Program-made: the position numbers and the translations under genes | Notes under the pieces: model-generated | What the model saw: the letters and a program-made list of their open reading frames with translations, nothing else | Told to the model about the DNA's origin: nothing | Database searches by the model: none | Origin: an uncultured Gemmatimonadales bacterium | Lineage (GTDB): Bacteria > Gemmatimonadota > Gemmatimonadetes > Longimicrobiales > Gaopeijiaceae | Assembly: GCA_963809895.1 (NCBI GenBank) | Contig: CAWELD010000003.1 | Coordinates: 2,272,001-2,336,000 of the forward strand | Direction of reading: 5' to 3' | Length of the DNA stretch: 64,000 nt | Shown here: positions 1 through 10,158 of the stretch, piece after piece | How the letters are laid out: the number at the start of each line of letters is the position of its first letter | How positions within the stretch are numbered: the stretch's first letter is position 1

Positions 1-211
1 CGTCGGCGGCCGGAGGCGCGGCCTCCACCAGGAGACGCGCCAGCTCCAGTTCCCGGCGGACGTCTTCCTGGGTCATGCCCACCAGTTCCCGCCTGAGGCC
101 GGTCCCCACGAACGACACCACGAGGATCACCACCAGGGCCACGACGCCCAGGAAGCCTGCGAACAGGGGATGATGGATGCGAACCCGCATGGGCCCCGCC
201 GGCTCGGACAT
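1..211 (-). CDS. Sensor histidine kinase, PhoR-like, N-terminal fragment (runs off window start)
   Basis: Manual translation MSEPAGPMRVRIHHPLFAGFLGVVALVVILVVSFVGTGLRRELVG... shows an N-terminal TM helix. It lies directly downstream of an OmpR/PhoB regulator. Start is 211 or 190; the kinase domain is not visible. Confidence 0.6.
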   Translation of the reverse strand, partial: MSEPAGPMRVRIHHPLFAGFLGVVALVVILVVSFVGTGLRRELVGMTQEDVRRELELARLLVEAAPPAAD

Positions 212-231
212 GTTCAGGAACAAGCGGCGCG

Positions 232-996
232 CTAGGCGTCCCCGTCCGGAACCCGCAAGCGATATCCGAAGCCCCGGACGGTCTCCACCCAGTCACCGAC
301 GTCACCCAACTTGGCACGCAGACGCCGGACGTGCATGTCCACCGTGCGCGTCTGGATGCGGTCGGAGATGTCCGACCCGACGTCCCATGCCTTCTCCAGG
401 AGCTGCCTGCGACTCTGGGTGCGGCCGCGGCGCTCCATGAGCGCCTGCAACAGACGGAACTCGGTGGGCGTCAGGTTGAGCTCCTCACCGCCGAGGGTGG
501 CCTGATGCGCGCTCACGTCGATCCGGAGCTCCCCCACCTTCAGAACCCGGCCGCCGCCGGCCGCGCCCGGCTCCTGCATGCGCCGCAGGATGGCCTGACA
601 GCGCAGCACGAGCTCGCGGGGCGAGAACGGCTTGGTGAGGTAGTCGTCGGCACCCAGCTCCAGGCCGGCGATGCGATCCTCCTGCTCCCGCTTCGCCGTC
701 AGCACCAGCACCGGAATGGACCGGGTGGCCGACTCCTGCTTCAGGCTCTTCAGGACCTCGTCGCCCGAAAGCCCCGGCAGCATCCGGTCCAGGACCACCA
801 GGTCGGGAATCTCCCGATGGACCGCCTTGAGCGCGTCGGGACCGTTGCTGGAGGTCTCGACCCGGAATCCCTCGCGGGTGAGCTGATAGGCGATGAGCGC
901 CGCGATGTCGGGCTCGTCCTCCACCACCAGGACCCGGGGTGCGGCGTCGGCGCGGGGGGCAGCTTCCATGATGCTCCTCAGCACGGCAGTGCTCAT
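232..996 (-). CDS. phoB: OmpR/PhoB-family response regulator (PhoB/PhoP-like)
   Basis: REC domain (VLVVEDE, DLVVLDRMLP, LTAK, GADDYLTKPFS) plus winged helix (LTPTEFRLL, RTVDMHVRRLRAKL, ETVRGFGYRL). True start may be near 969. Confidence 0.85.
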   Translation of the reverse strand: MSTAVLRSIMEAAPRADAAPRVLVVEDEPDIAALIAYQLTREGFRVETSSNGPDALKAVHREIPDLVVLDRMLPGLSGDEVLKSLKQESATRSIPVLVLTAKREQEDRIAGLELGADDYLTKPFSPRELVLRCQAILRRMQEPGAAGGGRVLKVGELRIDVSAHQATLGGEELNLTPTEFRLLQALMERRGRTQSRRQLLEKAWDVGSDISDRIQTRTVDMHVRRLRAKLGDVGDWVETVRGFGYRLRVPDGDA

Positions 997-1054
997 GAGG
1001 TCTGGCCCGCTCGCACCGGCGCCGGAGCACTGCCCGGCGCCGGGGCACCGGGGA

Positions 1055-2287
1055 TCAGTCTCCGCGCACCAGCGCCTCGAGCTCCTCCTCCGTAAGGGTG
1101 TGGTCCGTGTGCTTGGCGGCCTCGAAGAGCTTGTGGCAGAGCGCCTCGTCCTCGGCGTCGTACCCCCTGTGCCGCAGCCAGTACTTCACGTTGGACAACC
1201 CCGACATGGGGCTGATCTCGATCTCCTGATGTCGCCCGATCATGGAGGCTGGGATGCCCGAATAGACCCGGTCCGCCAGCCAGGCGTCGCCCTTGTGCTC
1301 CGCCTTGGCGATGGCCGCCGCGTGGACCCCGGTCCCGGTGCGGAAAGCGTCGCGTCCGACCGCGGGGTAGTTGTGCGCCAGCGGCACCTTGCACGCCCGT
1401 GCAGTCAGCTCGCAGTACTCGGGCAGCGCCCGCAGGTCGCCGTCGTGGAGACCGAGAAGCGCCAGGTTCACGAGCAGGAGATCCATCTCGGTGTTGCCCA
1501 CGCGCTCGCCGATCCCCAGGGCGCACCCGTGCAGGCGCGTCGCCCCGGCCTGGAGCGCCGCCAGAGCGTTGGCCAGACCCAGCCCCCGGTCCCGGTGCCC
1601 GTGCCAGTCCACCTTCACGTCCTCGCCCGACGGACGCACGATCTCGTCCAGGACGAAGCGCACCACCGCACGGGCGCCGTCGGGGGTCGCGTGGCCCACG
1701 GTGTCGGCGATGCACACCCGGCGCGCGCCCCACTCGATGGCCCGGCCGTAGAGCGCCTTGAGCGTCTCGGGGCGCGCCCGCACCGTGTCCTCGGTGACCA
1801 TCATGACCGGGAGCCCTTCGCTCACCGCGAAGGTCACGGCCCGCTCCGCCGCCGCCACCATCCGGTCCAGCGTCCAGTCCTCGGCGTACTGGCGGATGGG
1901 CGAGCTGCCGATGAAGGTGCACGCCTCGATGGGCAGCCCCACCTGCTGGGAGATCTCGGCGATGGGCCGCACGTCGGCCACCACCGTGCGGGCCGCGCAG
2001 TTGGCCTCGATGTCGAGCTTCTGCTCCGCGATCTCCCGGGCCAGCGCCGTGACGGCCTCCACCGCTCGGGGTCCGGCGCCGGGCAGCCCCAACGCCGCGG
2101 AGTGGATCCCCAACTCCTCCATGAGGTGGAGCAGACGGATCTTGTCCCCGATGGGAGGATCGGTCACCGAGGGATTCTGGAGCCCGTCCCTGAGCGTCTC
2201 GTCGTCCAGCTCCACCGATTTCACCGTGGACCAATCGAAGGTCCCCGATACGGTGTTCCAGTCGTAGATGAGGTCCTTCTCGTCCAA
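1055..2287 (-). CDS. 2-isopropylmalate/homocitrate synthase-like DRE-TIM metallolyase lacking the C-terminal regulatory domain
   Basis: DETLRDGLQ, IADTVG, WHGHRDRG, GIGERVGN and GVHAAAI motifs; 410 aa. Confidence 0.85.
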   Translation of the reverse strand: MDEKDLIYDWNTVSGTFDWSTVKSVELDDETLRDGLQNPSVTDPPIGDKIRLLHLMEELGIHSAALGLPGAGPRAVEAVTALAREIAEQKLDIEANCAARTVVADVRPIAEISQQVGLPIEACTFIGSSPIRQYAEDWTLDRMVAAAERAVTFAVSEGLPVMMVTEDTVRARPETLKALYGRAIEWGARRVCIADTVGHATPDGARAVVRFVLDEIVRPSGEDVKVDWHGHRDRGLGLANALAALQAGATRLHGCALGIGERVGNTEMDLLLVNLALLGLHDGDLRALPEYCELTARACKVPLAHNYPAVGRDAFRTGTGVHAAAIAKAEHKGDAWLADRVYSGIPASMIGRHQEIEISPMSGLSNVKYWLRHRGYDAEDEALCHKLFEAAKHTDHTLTEEELEALVRGD

Positions 2288-2326
2288 CTCGACCCTCCGG
2301 CCGCAGCGTGCGTAGCGAGCTCATGA

Positions 2327-2881
2327 TCACAGCTCGTCGTAGTTCATCAACTTCCACGCGCCGCCGTACTCCACCAGGACGTCGAAGCTGGGGAGCACCC
2401 CTTCCTGGCCCGTGTCCTCGCGCCGGACCACCACCCGGGCGCCGGGACGGAGCGTGAAACTGTCGTAGACCTCGGGGTCCTCCTCGTACCGGATGGAAAC
2501 GAACTCGAGCTCGAGGCCGCCGTACTCCTCCAGGAGTTGGGCCAACCCCTTGCGGTTGTTCACCTCCGCGAGGCTCCACACGAAGTCGAAGGGCGTGTAC
2601 TTCCCGTCCGGCATCTCCGGCCACAGAAGGTGCTCGTACTCGTCGCGACTCACCAGCAGCGACGCCAACGCGTCCTCGTCCCGGGCCGCCACGGCATCCA
2701 ACACCGACTGGATCAGCGCCTTCTCCGAGCGCTCCGCGCCGGCCAACGGCGGGCGCGCCACCGCATCCGCGCAGCCCGCGAACAACAAGGGCACAGCCAG
2801 CGCGAGCCAGAGAGGGGAAGTCCCGCCCCGCCTCAAGATGGGACGAGGGAATCGGAACCGCGAGGGCAGAAGGGCCGCCAC
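2327..2881 (-). CDS. Hypothetical lipoprotein
   Basis: Hydrophobic stretch ending in lipobox-like LFAGC. Tightly packed between co-directional genes. Confidence 0.65.
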   Translation of the reverse strand: MAALLPSRFRFPRPILRRGGTSPLWLALAVPLLFAGCADAVARPPLAGAERSEKALIQSVLDAVAARDEDALASLLVSRDEYEHLLWPEMPDGKYTPFDFVWSLAEVNNRKGLAQLLEEYGGLELEFVSIRYEEDPEVYDSFTLRPGARVVVRREDTGQEGVLPSFDVLVEYGGAWKLMNYDEL

Positions 2882-2885
2882 CGGA

Positions 2886-4698
2886 TCAGTTCCCGCTCTG
2901 GTTCGGCCGGGAGTCGCTGCCGTCCACGGACCAGACGGTCCATCCGTAGTACCAGGCGTCCTCCAGCGCCGTACCGGGCGCCACCGCTCCGGGATAGTCG
3001 GTCTTGACCAGCACCCGTCCGTCGGTGGGAGCCACCAGGTTGGTGCCGTCCATGGGAATGGCGCTCACGTCCACCGCCGTGTACCCGTCAGGCACCGCCG
3101 TGGCGATGATGTCCGGCGGGATCGGACTGTGAGCCGATCTTGTTGTAGCCCGCCCGCAGCATGGGATCGACCAGCATGTTGCTGAAGCCGGCGTGCATGA
3201 AGAACGCCTTGTTCTGCGCCAGCGTGTAGCCTGAGCAGTCCTGGAAGTTCAGGTCGCTGTCGTCGGCCGCGCCGTTGTTCCACAGGATCACACCCTCCAG
3301 CGAGAGCGTCGTCTGCGGATCGGTCTCACCGGCCAGGCGGTTGTCGGCGTTGGCCGCCGTCGCCGGATGCTCCACGCAGAACCCGGCGCCGCCGAAGTCC
3401 CGCAGGATCGAGTTGTAGAGACGGTAGTGCGACGCCTCACGGAACTGGACGCCGTGGGTCCCCTTGGCACCGCCGATCTCGCCACTCTGCACGATCTCGT
3501 TGCCGCCGATCATGGTGGCGTTGGCCAGCACCGCCGTGGAGCGCGGCGTGCGGTCGGCCTTCTCACCGTCGTTGGAGATCTCGAAACCCTTGTCGCCGTC
3601 GTCGCCGCGCTGCTGGCCGATCAGGAACTGCATGAAGCCCCGGTAGCCGTCGGTGCCGTCGAAGGTGTCGTCGCCGATGCCGGTGGACACGATGTGCGTC
3701 ATGCTGACCGTGCCGCCGAAGGGCTCGGTGCCATCGTCCACGTTGTAGTGGATCTGCACGTAGTCGATGGTGGTGCCGGCGCCCACGCCCTGGGGCGCGA
3801 GGCCGTTGAGCTCGTCGGTGGGCGTCACGCGGTCGCCGGCGAACTCGATGCGCACACCGCGCAGGATGCCCGAGCTGTCGTTGTCGTCGTTGCCGCCGTA
3901 GAAGCCCGAGTCACCCTCGCCCTCGGCCTCGTTCCCGGCGTTGGTGCTGGCGCGGCCGTTGATGACCAGGCCGCCCCAGTCCCCGCGGTCCCGCTCACCG
4001 CGCGGCTTGTCCGAGGTGAAGACGATGACGTCTTCGGGGTTCGGCCGCGCGTTCTTGTCGCTGCGCTGAGCGTTGGCGTCGGCGATGATCCTGGAGCCGC
4101 GGTTGATGACGAGATACGCGCCACGCACGCCCTGGGGCAGGTCGGTCTTGCCCACCACCGTCGTGCCAGGCTCGATGGTCAGCGTGGCCGGTGCGCAGTC
4201 GGGGTCCTGGCCGTCGGCGCCGCAGTCCACGCCCACGAAGATGGGCTGCGTCAGGACCCAGACCTTGTCCTTGGTCCAGGTGGTGTTGTTGAGGACGTCG
4301 GTGGTGATCTCCACGAACGTCGCGGGCGCCTCGGGGATCTTGGCCGTCCTGGCCGTGGAGGCCGCCTCGCCGGCGCTGTTCTCCGCGAACACCTGGGCCG
4401 TGTAGGTCTGGCCCTCGGTGAGGCCGGAGAAATCGATGCTGGTGGTCGAAGCGTCCGTGGTGCTCTGCGTGCGGTCGGCCTCGCCGGGAGCCGTCAGAAC
4501 CACCCGGAAGCTGTTCGCGCCACTGCCACCGGACCAGCTCACGGTGATGGTGGTGCCGTTGATCGTCATGGTGACGCTGGTGGGCGCATCCGGCGTGTCG
4601 ACCGTCGGCTCGGTGCCGTTGTCGTCGCTGCACGCCGAGAGGCCGAACGAGGCGAGGGCGACGATGGCCAGGAGGGTCAGCAGTCTCGTCCACTTCAT
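2886..4698 (-). CDS. Surface lipoprotein with FN3-like domain and Gly/Asp-rich body, partner of the TonB receptor; apparent +1 frameshift at about 3118-3120
   Basis: MKWTRLL...FGLSAC lipobox, GGAG RBS, FN3-like segment, GDWGGLVING and VRIEFAG motifs. Removing one C from gat-ccc-gcc restores SDPPDIIATAVPDGYTAV..., joining the 2886..3095 ORF (603 aa total). Confidence 0.75.
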
Positions 4699-4742
4699 GA
4701 TGGTCGTTGCTCCAGGTGGATACGGGTTCAGCAGGGCGGGAG

Positions 4743-7539
4743 TCAGAACTCCCACGAGAGGCCGACGGAGAAGGTCCGTCCGACCGCGTAGCGGCGTTGC
4801 ACGAGGGTGATGTCGTTGGCGGTCTGCTCGAAGCGGTAGTCGGCGTCGAGCAGGTTCGTGGCCTTGATCCTGGCCGACGCGCCCCCGGGCAGCGGGAAGC
4901 CCACCGAAGCGTCCAGGGCGTTCCGGGGCTGCTCGTAGATGTCCGGGATGCCCAGCCCGCCGGCGGCGGTCAGACGCGCCCCGAAGCGATTCAGGAACAC
5001 GCCGGCCTGGAAGCCGGCGGGGTCCGCGTAGTTCAGCCCCACGTTGAGGACGTAGGGTGCCTGGCCTTCCAGGGGCCGGGTGAGGTTGGTGGGCTCGAAG
5101 CCGGACACGCCCTGGCGGACGTGCACCTTCGAGTCGATCCAGGAGTAGTTGAGCTGCGCCGAGTAGTTGCTCAGGGCCGGGCTGATCCGGTCCAGGCCGA
5201 GCTGCGTGTCCAGCTCCAGGCCGAAGATGCGGGCGTCTCTGGCGTTCTGGAACGAGTAGGCGGCGGAGGCGGCGGCCACGAACACCTGCTCGATGGGGTC
5301 CGTGAGCGTCTTGTAGAATCCCCCGACCGAGATCATCTCGCCGGGCCGCAGGAACCAGTCCATGCGCAGGTCGGTGCTGACGATCTCGGCCGGGACCAGG
5401 TTCTCGTTGCCGTACAGCTGCCTGAGGCTGGTGGCCTCGGTGAACTGGAAGGGCGCCAGCTCGCGGAACTCGGGGCGGTCCAGCGTGCGGCTCACCGCGC
5501 CGCGCAGCTTGACCTGATCCGCAGAGGGAGTAGACCAGGTTCAGCGAGGGCGCCAGGTCGGTCTGGTCCATGCGCGCCAGCGTGTCACCCCGGGAGTGGA
5601 GTTGGAGCTTGTACTGCTCGACCCGGGCTCCGACGATGGCCTGCAGTCGCTTGGTGACGGGCAGGTCCATGAGCAGGTAGCCGGCCCGCCTGTCGTCCCG
5701 GGCATCGTACAGGTCTCCGGGCTCCACCACCTCGTCGATGGAGAGCTCACCGCGGTTGCGGGCGTTGGCCACGATGCGCGCCGTGTCCAGAGCTTCGTCC
5801 AGATTGACGATCACCCCACCGAGGAACTTCCAGTTGAGCCGGCGCGCCGCGAACTCCCGGCTGCGGGTGCGGTATTCGCCGCCGAACTTCACCGAGGCGT
5901 CCCGACCGGCGAGCTGGAAGGGGAAGGTCCAGTCCAGCGCGCCGCTGAGGTCGTCGTCGGTGAGCGTGCTCCAGAAGTAGCGGCCCGACTCACCGATGTT
6001 GTGGAGCTTGAAGGCGCCGTTGTAGTCGAGGTAGACGGCCTCCCGCAGCATGGGCTCGTCACGGTTGGCCCGGGCGGCTGTGGCGCGCCACTCCAGACGG
6101 GAGTCTCCGAAGAGCCGGTGCTCGCCCGAGAGCTGGCTCCACAGCATGAGGCGCGACACGAAGCGCAGGCGGTCCGACCTCACCTCACCGCCGATGTCCT
6201 CGCTGTTCAGGCCCTCGTAGGTGCGGGCCTCGTCCTCGGTGTTGAGGTTCACCGCGGTGCGCAGGCTCAGCTTCTGCCCGGGATCGGGCTTGAAGGTGAC
6301 GTTGCCGATGGTGCCCCACGCGATGGTGCGGCTGCCGCGCTGGAAGGCGTAATCCACGTTGGCCGTGGGGTTGCCGTCCGGATACAACTCCTCGTTGAAC
6401 GACGACACGTCCCACTTGCGCTCCACTTCGTCGTCGTGGATGGCGTAGTCGTCGCTGTACGTGCCCGCGACGAAGTAGCCGAGCTCCCCCTCGTCGAACA
6501 CGTCGTTGCGGCCGCCCACCGAGAGGTTGAACGACCGGTTCATGGGCGTGCTCTCGGTCCGGGGCGTGAAGCCCTGGCCCAGGCTCTGAAGCGCCTGGCC
6601 GATGGCGATGCGCTCGGCGGGATCGGCCGGCAGCCGCTCACCCGAGGTGATGTCGCCCATGAGCCGTTTGACGATGTCGGGCTGGGCCCGGGTGCCGTCG
6701 TCGAAGCCGAGGAAGTCCCGATGGCCCCCGGCGTACCACAGGAAGCCGTCCTGGAACTGGCTCCTGGAGTTGACGCTGGTCCCGACCCCCACGCGCAGGG
6801 TGAAGCGGTCGGGGAAGTCCCTGGTCCGGATCTTCACCGAGCCGCCGGAGAAGTCGGCAGGCAGATCGGGGGTGTAGGACTTCTGGGTCTCCAGGCTCTC
6901 GAGGAATCCCGACGGGAACAGGTCCAGCGGCACGACCTCCCGCTCGGGCTCGGGGCTGGGAAGCGACGAGCCGTTGAGTGTCGTCTGCGAGTAGCGCTCT
7001 CCCAGGCCCCGCACGAAGACGTACTTGCCGTCGCTCACCGTGACGCCCGTGAGCCGCTGCGCCACGTCGGCCGCGTCGGAGTCGGGACGCTTCGCGATCT
7101 CCGTCGCGCCCACGGCCTCCACCATGGCATCGGACGTGCGCCGCTGATCCATGAGGTAGGCGTTGCTGCCCCGCTCCCGCTCGGCGGACACGGTGATGCC
7201 CCCGAGCTCCAGCGCCTGCTCCGAGAGCGTGACGTCCAGGGCCACGACCTGGTTCGCGGTCACGGCCACGTCGGTGATGGTCTTGGTGCCGTAGCCCAGG
7301 CTCTGCACCGAGAGGCTCACGACCCCCACGGGAACGTCGTTGAGCACGTAGCGACCGTTGAGGTCCGACACCGCGCCCGTGCCACCCTCGATGTAGACCT
7401 GCGCTCCCGAGATGGGTTTCGCGGACGACGCGTCCAGGACACGGCCGATGACCCGCCCCCTGGATTGGGCGCGGAGTCCCGTCGCGAGCAGGAGCGTCAA
7501 CAGTGCGGCCAGCGGCCAGGCACGAAGGTATCGCGGCAT
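4743..7539 (-). CDS. TonB-dependent receptor with carboxypeptidase-regulatory-like N-terminus; apparent +1 frameshift at about 5520-5525
   Basis: Signal peptide MPRYLRAW..., plug VFVRGLGERYSQTTLNG, C-terminal beta-signal GRTFSVGLSWEF. Removing one base restores LVYSL-ADQVKLRGAVSRTLDRPEFRE (931 aa). Confidence 0.85.
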
Positions 7540-7591
7540 GGTGTCCAGTCCCGGCGTTCTCGAATCGAGAGGGGCTTCGGAAGTCCCTTCA

Positions 7592-7645
7592 AGCCTAGGC
7601 GCGTGCGGTAACGACCGAGACCGACTCCGGTAACAAGCGGGTAAA
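7592..7645 (-). promoter_or_regulatory. Putative Pho-box-like direct repeats and -10 element for the TonB receptor operon
   Basis: GGTAA on + at 7607, 7629 and 7640 (minus-strand GTTACC, GTTACC, TTTACC; spacings 22 and 11 bp). Minus-strand TAGGCT (7592-7597) lies 9 nt beyond the last repeat. Confidence 0.5.
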
Positions 7646-7728
7646 GTCGTTCCCGGCCCGATCCGCACGCTCCGAGCGCCCTCCGCCGCGCATTGACGTT
7701 CGACACGGCCTCCGGCGAGACTCCTTTC

Positions 7729-9000
7729 ATGCCCGGAGAACTCTCGAAACCCCCGTCCGACGGACCCACCGCCGCCCCGGCCGACGCATCGTTGGACGCC
7801 CGCGCCAAACGCCTCATGCGCGGCCGGGGGATGCGTGCCGCCCGTGCTCTGCTGGAGCGCGACGATGGGCGCACCCTGAGCGAACAGCGCGAGCTCACCG
7901 AGATCGCGGCGCCCCCCTTCGGCGAGGGCGAGCGGGCCGCTCGCATGGCGGAGCTCATGGTGCGCTCGGGGTTGACCGACGTGGCCGTGGACGCCGAAGG
8001 CAACGTGGTGGCCGCACACGCCGCGTCCGCCCCGGACGCGGCTCACACGCTGGTGGTGGCTGCCCACCTGGACACCGTTTTCCCCGGGGGAACGCCGGTG
8101 ACGGTGCGGGAGCGGGACGGACGGCTGTGCGGTCCCGGGATCAGCGACGACGGGCGCGGGCTGGCGGCGATCCTGGCGCTCTCCCGGGCCCTGTCGGCAG
8201 GGGGATGGAGCCTCGGGCACCGCCTCCTGGTGGTGGCGACGGTGGGCGAGGAGGGAGCGGGTGACCTACGCGGTGTGCGGCACCTCTTCTCCACGGAAGG
8301 TGCCGCGGGCTCTGGGTGCCGGGGTTTCGTCTCGCTGGACGGCGCCGGCCTGCGCCGCATCGTGAACGCGGGCCTGGGATCGCTGCGATATCGTGCCCGG
8401 GTGCGCGGCCCCGGCGGCCATTCGTGGGTGGACTGGGGGACACCGAACCCGATCCACGCCCTGGGGCGTGCCGTCACGGCGCTCACGTCCATCCCCCTTC
8501 CCACCAAGCCCGCGGCCACGTTGTCCGTCGCCCGATGGACCGGTGGGACCAGCATCAACGCCATCCCGCGAGAGGCCTGGATCGACTTCGAGATCCGCAG
8601 CGAGGATCAGGACGTCCTCGCCGAGCTCGACCGGCAGGCGCGCGAGGCTCTCGGCGAGGTGGTCGCGGCCGAGGACCCGGTGGGCGCTCGCGGCCGGGCA
8701 TTGGAGCTCTCGGTGGAGGTCACCGGAAACCGACCAGCCGGCTACACGCCGCAGGAGACCCACCTGGTGCGCAGCGCCGCCGCCGCGACCCGTGCACTGG
8801 GCGCGGCCCCGGAGCTCGCGGTCTCCTCCACCGACGCCAACATCCCCATGGCGCTGGGGATCCCGGCGGTGACCATGGGCGCCGGGGGCGAGGCGGGCCT
8901 AACCCACACGCCGGGGGAGTGGTACCGCAACGTGCGGGGTCCCGACGGCATCGTCCGCGCCCTCCTCACGCTCCTGTTGGCCGACGGCCGGCCGGGCTGA
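7729..9000 (+). CDS. M20/M25/M40 family metallo-hydrolase
   Basis: AAHLDTVF, PGISDDGRG, TVGEEGAGDL, GPGGHSW, SSTDAN and HTPGEW motifs. Start chosen at ATG 7729. Confidence 0.9.
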   Translation: MPGELSKPPSDGPTAAPADASLDARAKRLMRGRGMRAARALLERDDGRTLSEQRELTEIAAPPFGEGERAARMAELMVRSGLTDVAVDAEGNVVAAHAASAPDAAHTLVVAAHLDTVFPGGTPVTVRERDGRLCGPGISDDGRGLAAILALSRALSAGGWSLGHRLLVVATVGEEGAGDLRGVRHLFSTEGAAGSGCRGFVSLDGAGLRRIVNAGLGSLRYRARVRGPGGHSWVDWGTPNPIHALGRAVTALTSIPLPTKPAATLSVARWTGGTSINAIPREAWIDFEIRSEDQDVLAELDRQAREALGEVVAAEDPVGARGRALELSVEVTGNRPAGYTPQETHLVRSAAAATRALGAAPELAVSSTDANIPMALGIPAVTMGAGGEAGLTHTPGEWYRNVRGPDGIVRALLTLLLADGRPG

Positions 9001-9014
9001 GGGCGCCCGCCGGG

Positions 9015-10016
9015 TCAGCCCTCGTGATCGACCACCGAGTGATCGGCGATCCGCACCGAGCCCCGCACGCCGCTCACATGCGCGTGCGCCCCCACCAGGC
9101 TGTCCCGGAGGCTCACCCCTTCCAGGTGGGCCCGGGCGCCGATGATGGAGTCGCGCACGACGGCGTCCTCCAGCACGGCGCCACGCTCCACGGTGACGCC
9201 GGGCCCCACCGAGCCTCCGCGAACCACCGCACCCTGCTCGATGCGCACGGGCTCGTGGATCTCGGCACCCTCGATCGTGGCGCCCGACGAGACCCCGCCC
9301 CGGCTGGTGGCCAGCAGGTGGGCATTCGTCTCCAGGAGCGTCTCGGGCTTGCCGCAGTCGTACCAGCCCGCCACCGGCGCGGTGAGCAGGCGGGCGCCCT
9401 GGTCGACCATGTACTGGAAGGCATCGGTCAGGTAGAACTCGCCACCCTTGCCGGGCTCGCCCTCCAGGGTGTGATTGATGCCTTCGAAGAGCAGGCCGTA
9501 GTCGCGAATGTAGTAGACGCCGATGTTCGCCAGCTTCGAGATGGGCTCTCGCGGCTTCTCGACGATGCGCTCCATGGTCCCGTCGGGCCGGGTGACGATG
9601 ACGCCGAAGCGCTGGTAGTCCTCGACCTCCATGGCCCACAGGATCCCCGCGTCGCCCTGGTCGAGACGCTGTGCGAGGGACAGATCCGCGTCGAAGAGCG
9701 TGTCGGCGAAGAGGATCATGAGCTCGTCGTCGGCCCATGGCTCCGCGAGCTTCACGGCTCCCGCGGTTCCGTCCATGGTCTCCTGGACCACGAAGTGCGG
9801 CTTGAGCGCGGGATACTCGGACGCGATGAAATCCCGGATCACGTCTTGCAGGTATCCCACCACGAAGACGATCTCCTCGACCCCCAGGGCCAGGACGTCG
9901 TCCAGCAGGTAGCTCAACACCGGCCGGCCGCCGACCCTGACGAGGGGTTTCGGAGTATGATAGGTCAGCGGACGAAGGCGCGTCCCGCGCCCCGCCAGGG
10001 GGATGATGGCCTTCAT
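9015..10016 (-). CDS. Sugar-phosphate nucleotidyltransferase with left-handed beta-helix tail
   Basis: LAGRGTRLRPLT..PKPL, VEKP and EFYLTDA motifs; hexapeptide-like C-terminus. Confidence 0.9.
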   Translation of the reverse strand: MKAIIPLAGRGTRLRPLTYHTPKPLVRVGGRPVLSYLLDDVLALGVEEIVFVVGYLQDVIRDFIASEYPALKPHFVVQETMDGTAGAVKLAEPWADDELMILFADTLFDADLSLAQRLDQGDAGILWAMEVEDYQRFGVIVTRPDGTMERIVEKPREPISKLANIGVYYIRDYGLLFEGINHTLEGEPGKGGEFYLTDAFQYMVDQGARLLTAPVAGWYDCGKPETLLETNAHLLATSRGGVSSGATIEGAEIHEPVRIEQGAVVRGGSVGPGVTVERGAVLEDAVVRDSIIGARAHLEGVSLRDSLVGAHAHVSGVRGSVRIADHSVVDHEG

Positions 10017-10158
10017 GGATCTTCCGTATGGGGGTCCTGGATGACTGCGGGCTCCGTCGCGCCGGACGGCCGCGACGGGGGCGTCTGAACCTTAACCGGG
10101 GCTGTCACGGCCGGGCAACGCGTCCGCCACGAGCCACCAACGATCACGGAGTCTTGTC

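Noticed and set aside
2886..3095. 69-aa ORF as an independent gene
   Set aside because: It is the frameshifted C-terminus of the lipoprotein.
4743..5495. 250-aa ORF as an independent gene
   Set aside because: It is the C-terminal barrel portion of the TonB receptor.
3088..8220. 1710-aa giant ORF
   Set aside because: Chimera of antisense M20 sequence, the TonB receptor N-part, an off-frame stretch after the 5520 frameshift and the lipoprotein, which has its own RBS and lipobox.
10091..10120. Third possible Pho-box-like site upstream of SIMPL
   Set aside because: Only one good GTCAC; neighbouring units are degenerate and spaced 12 and 11 bp.
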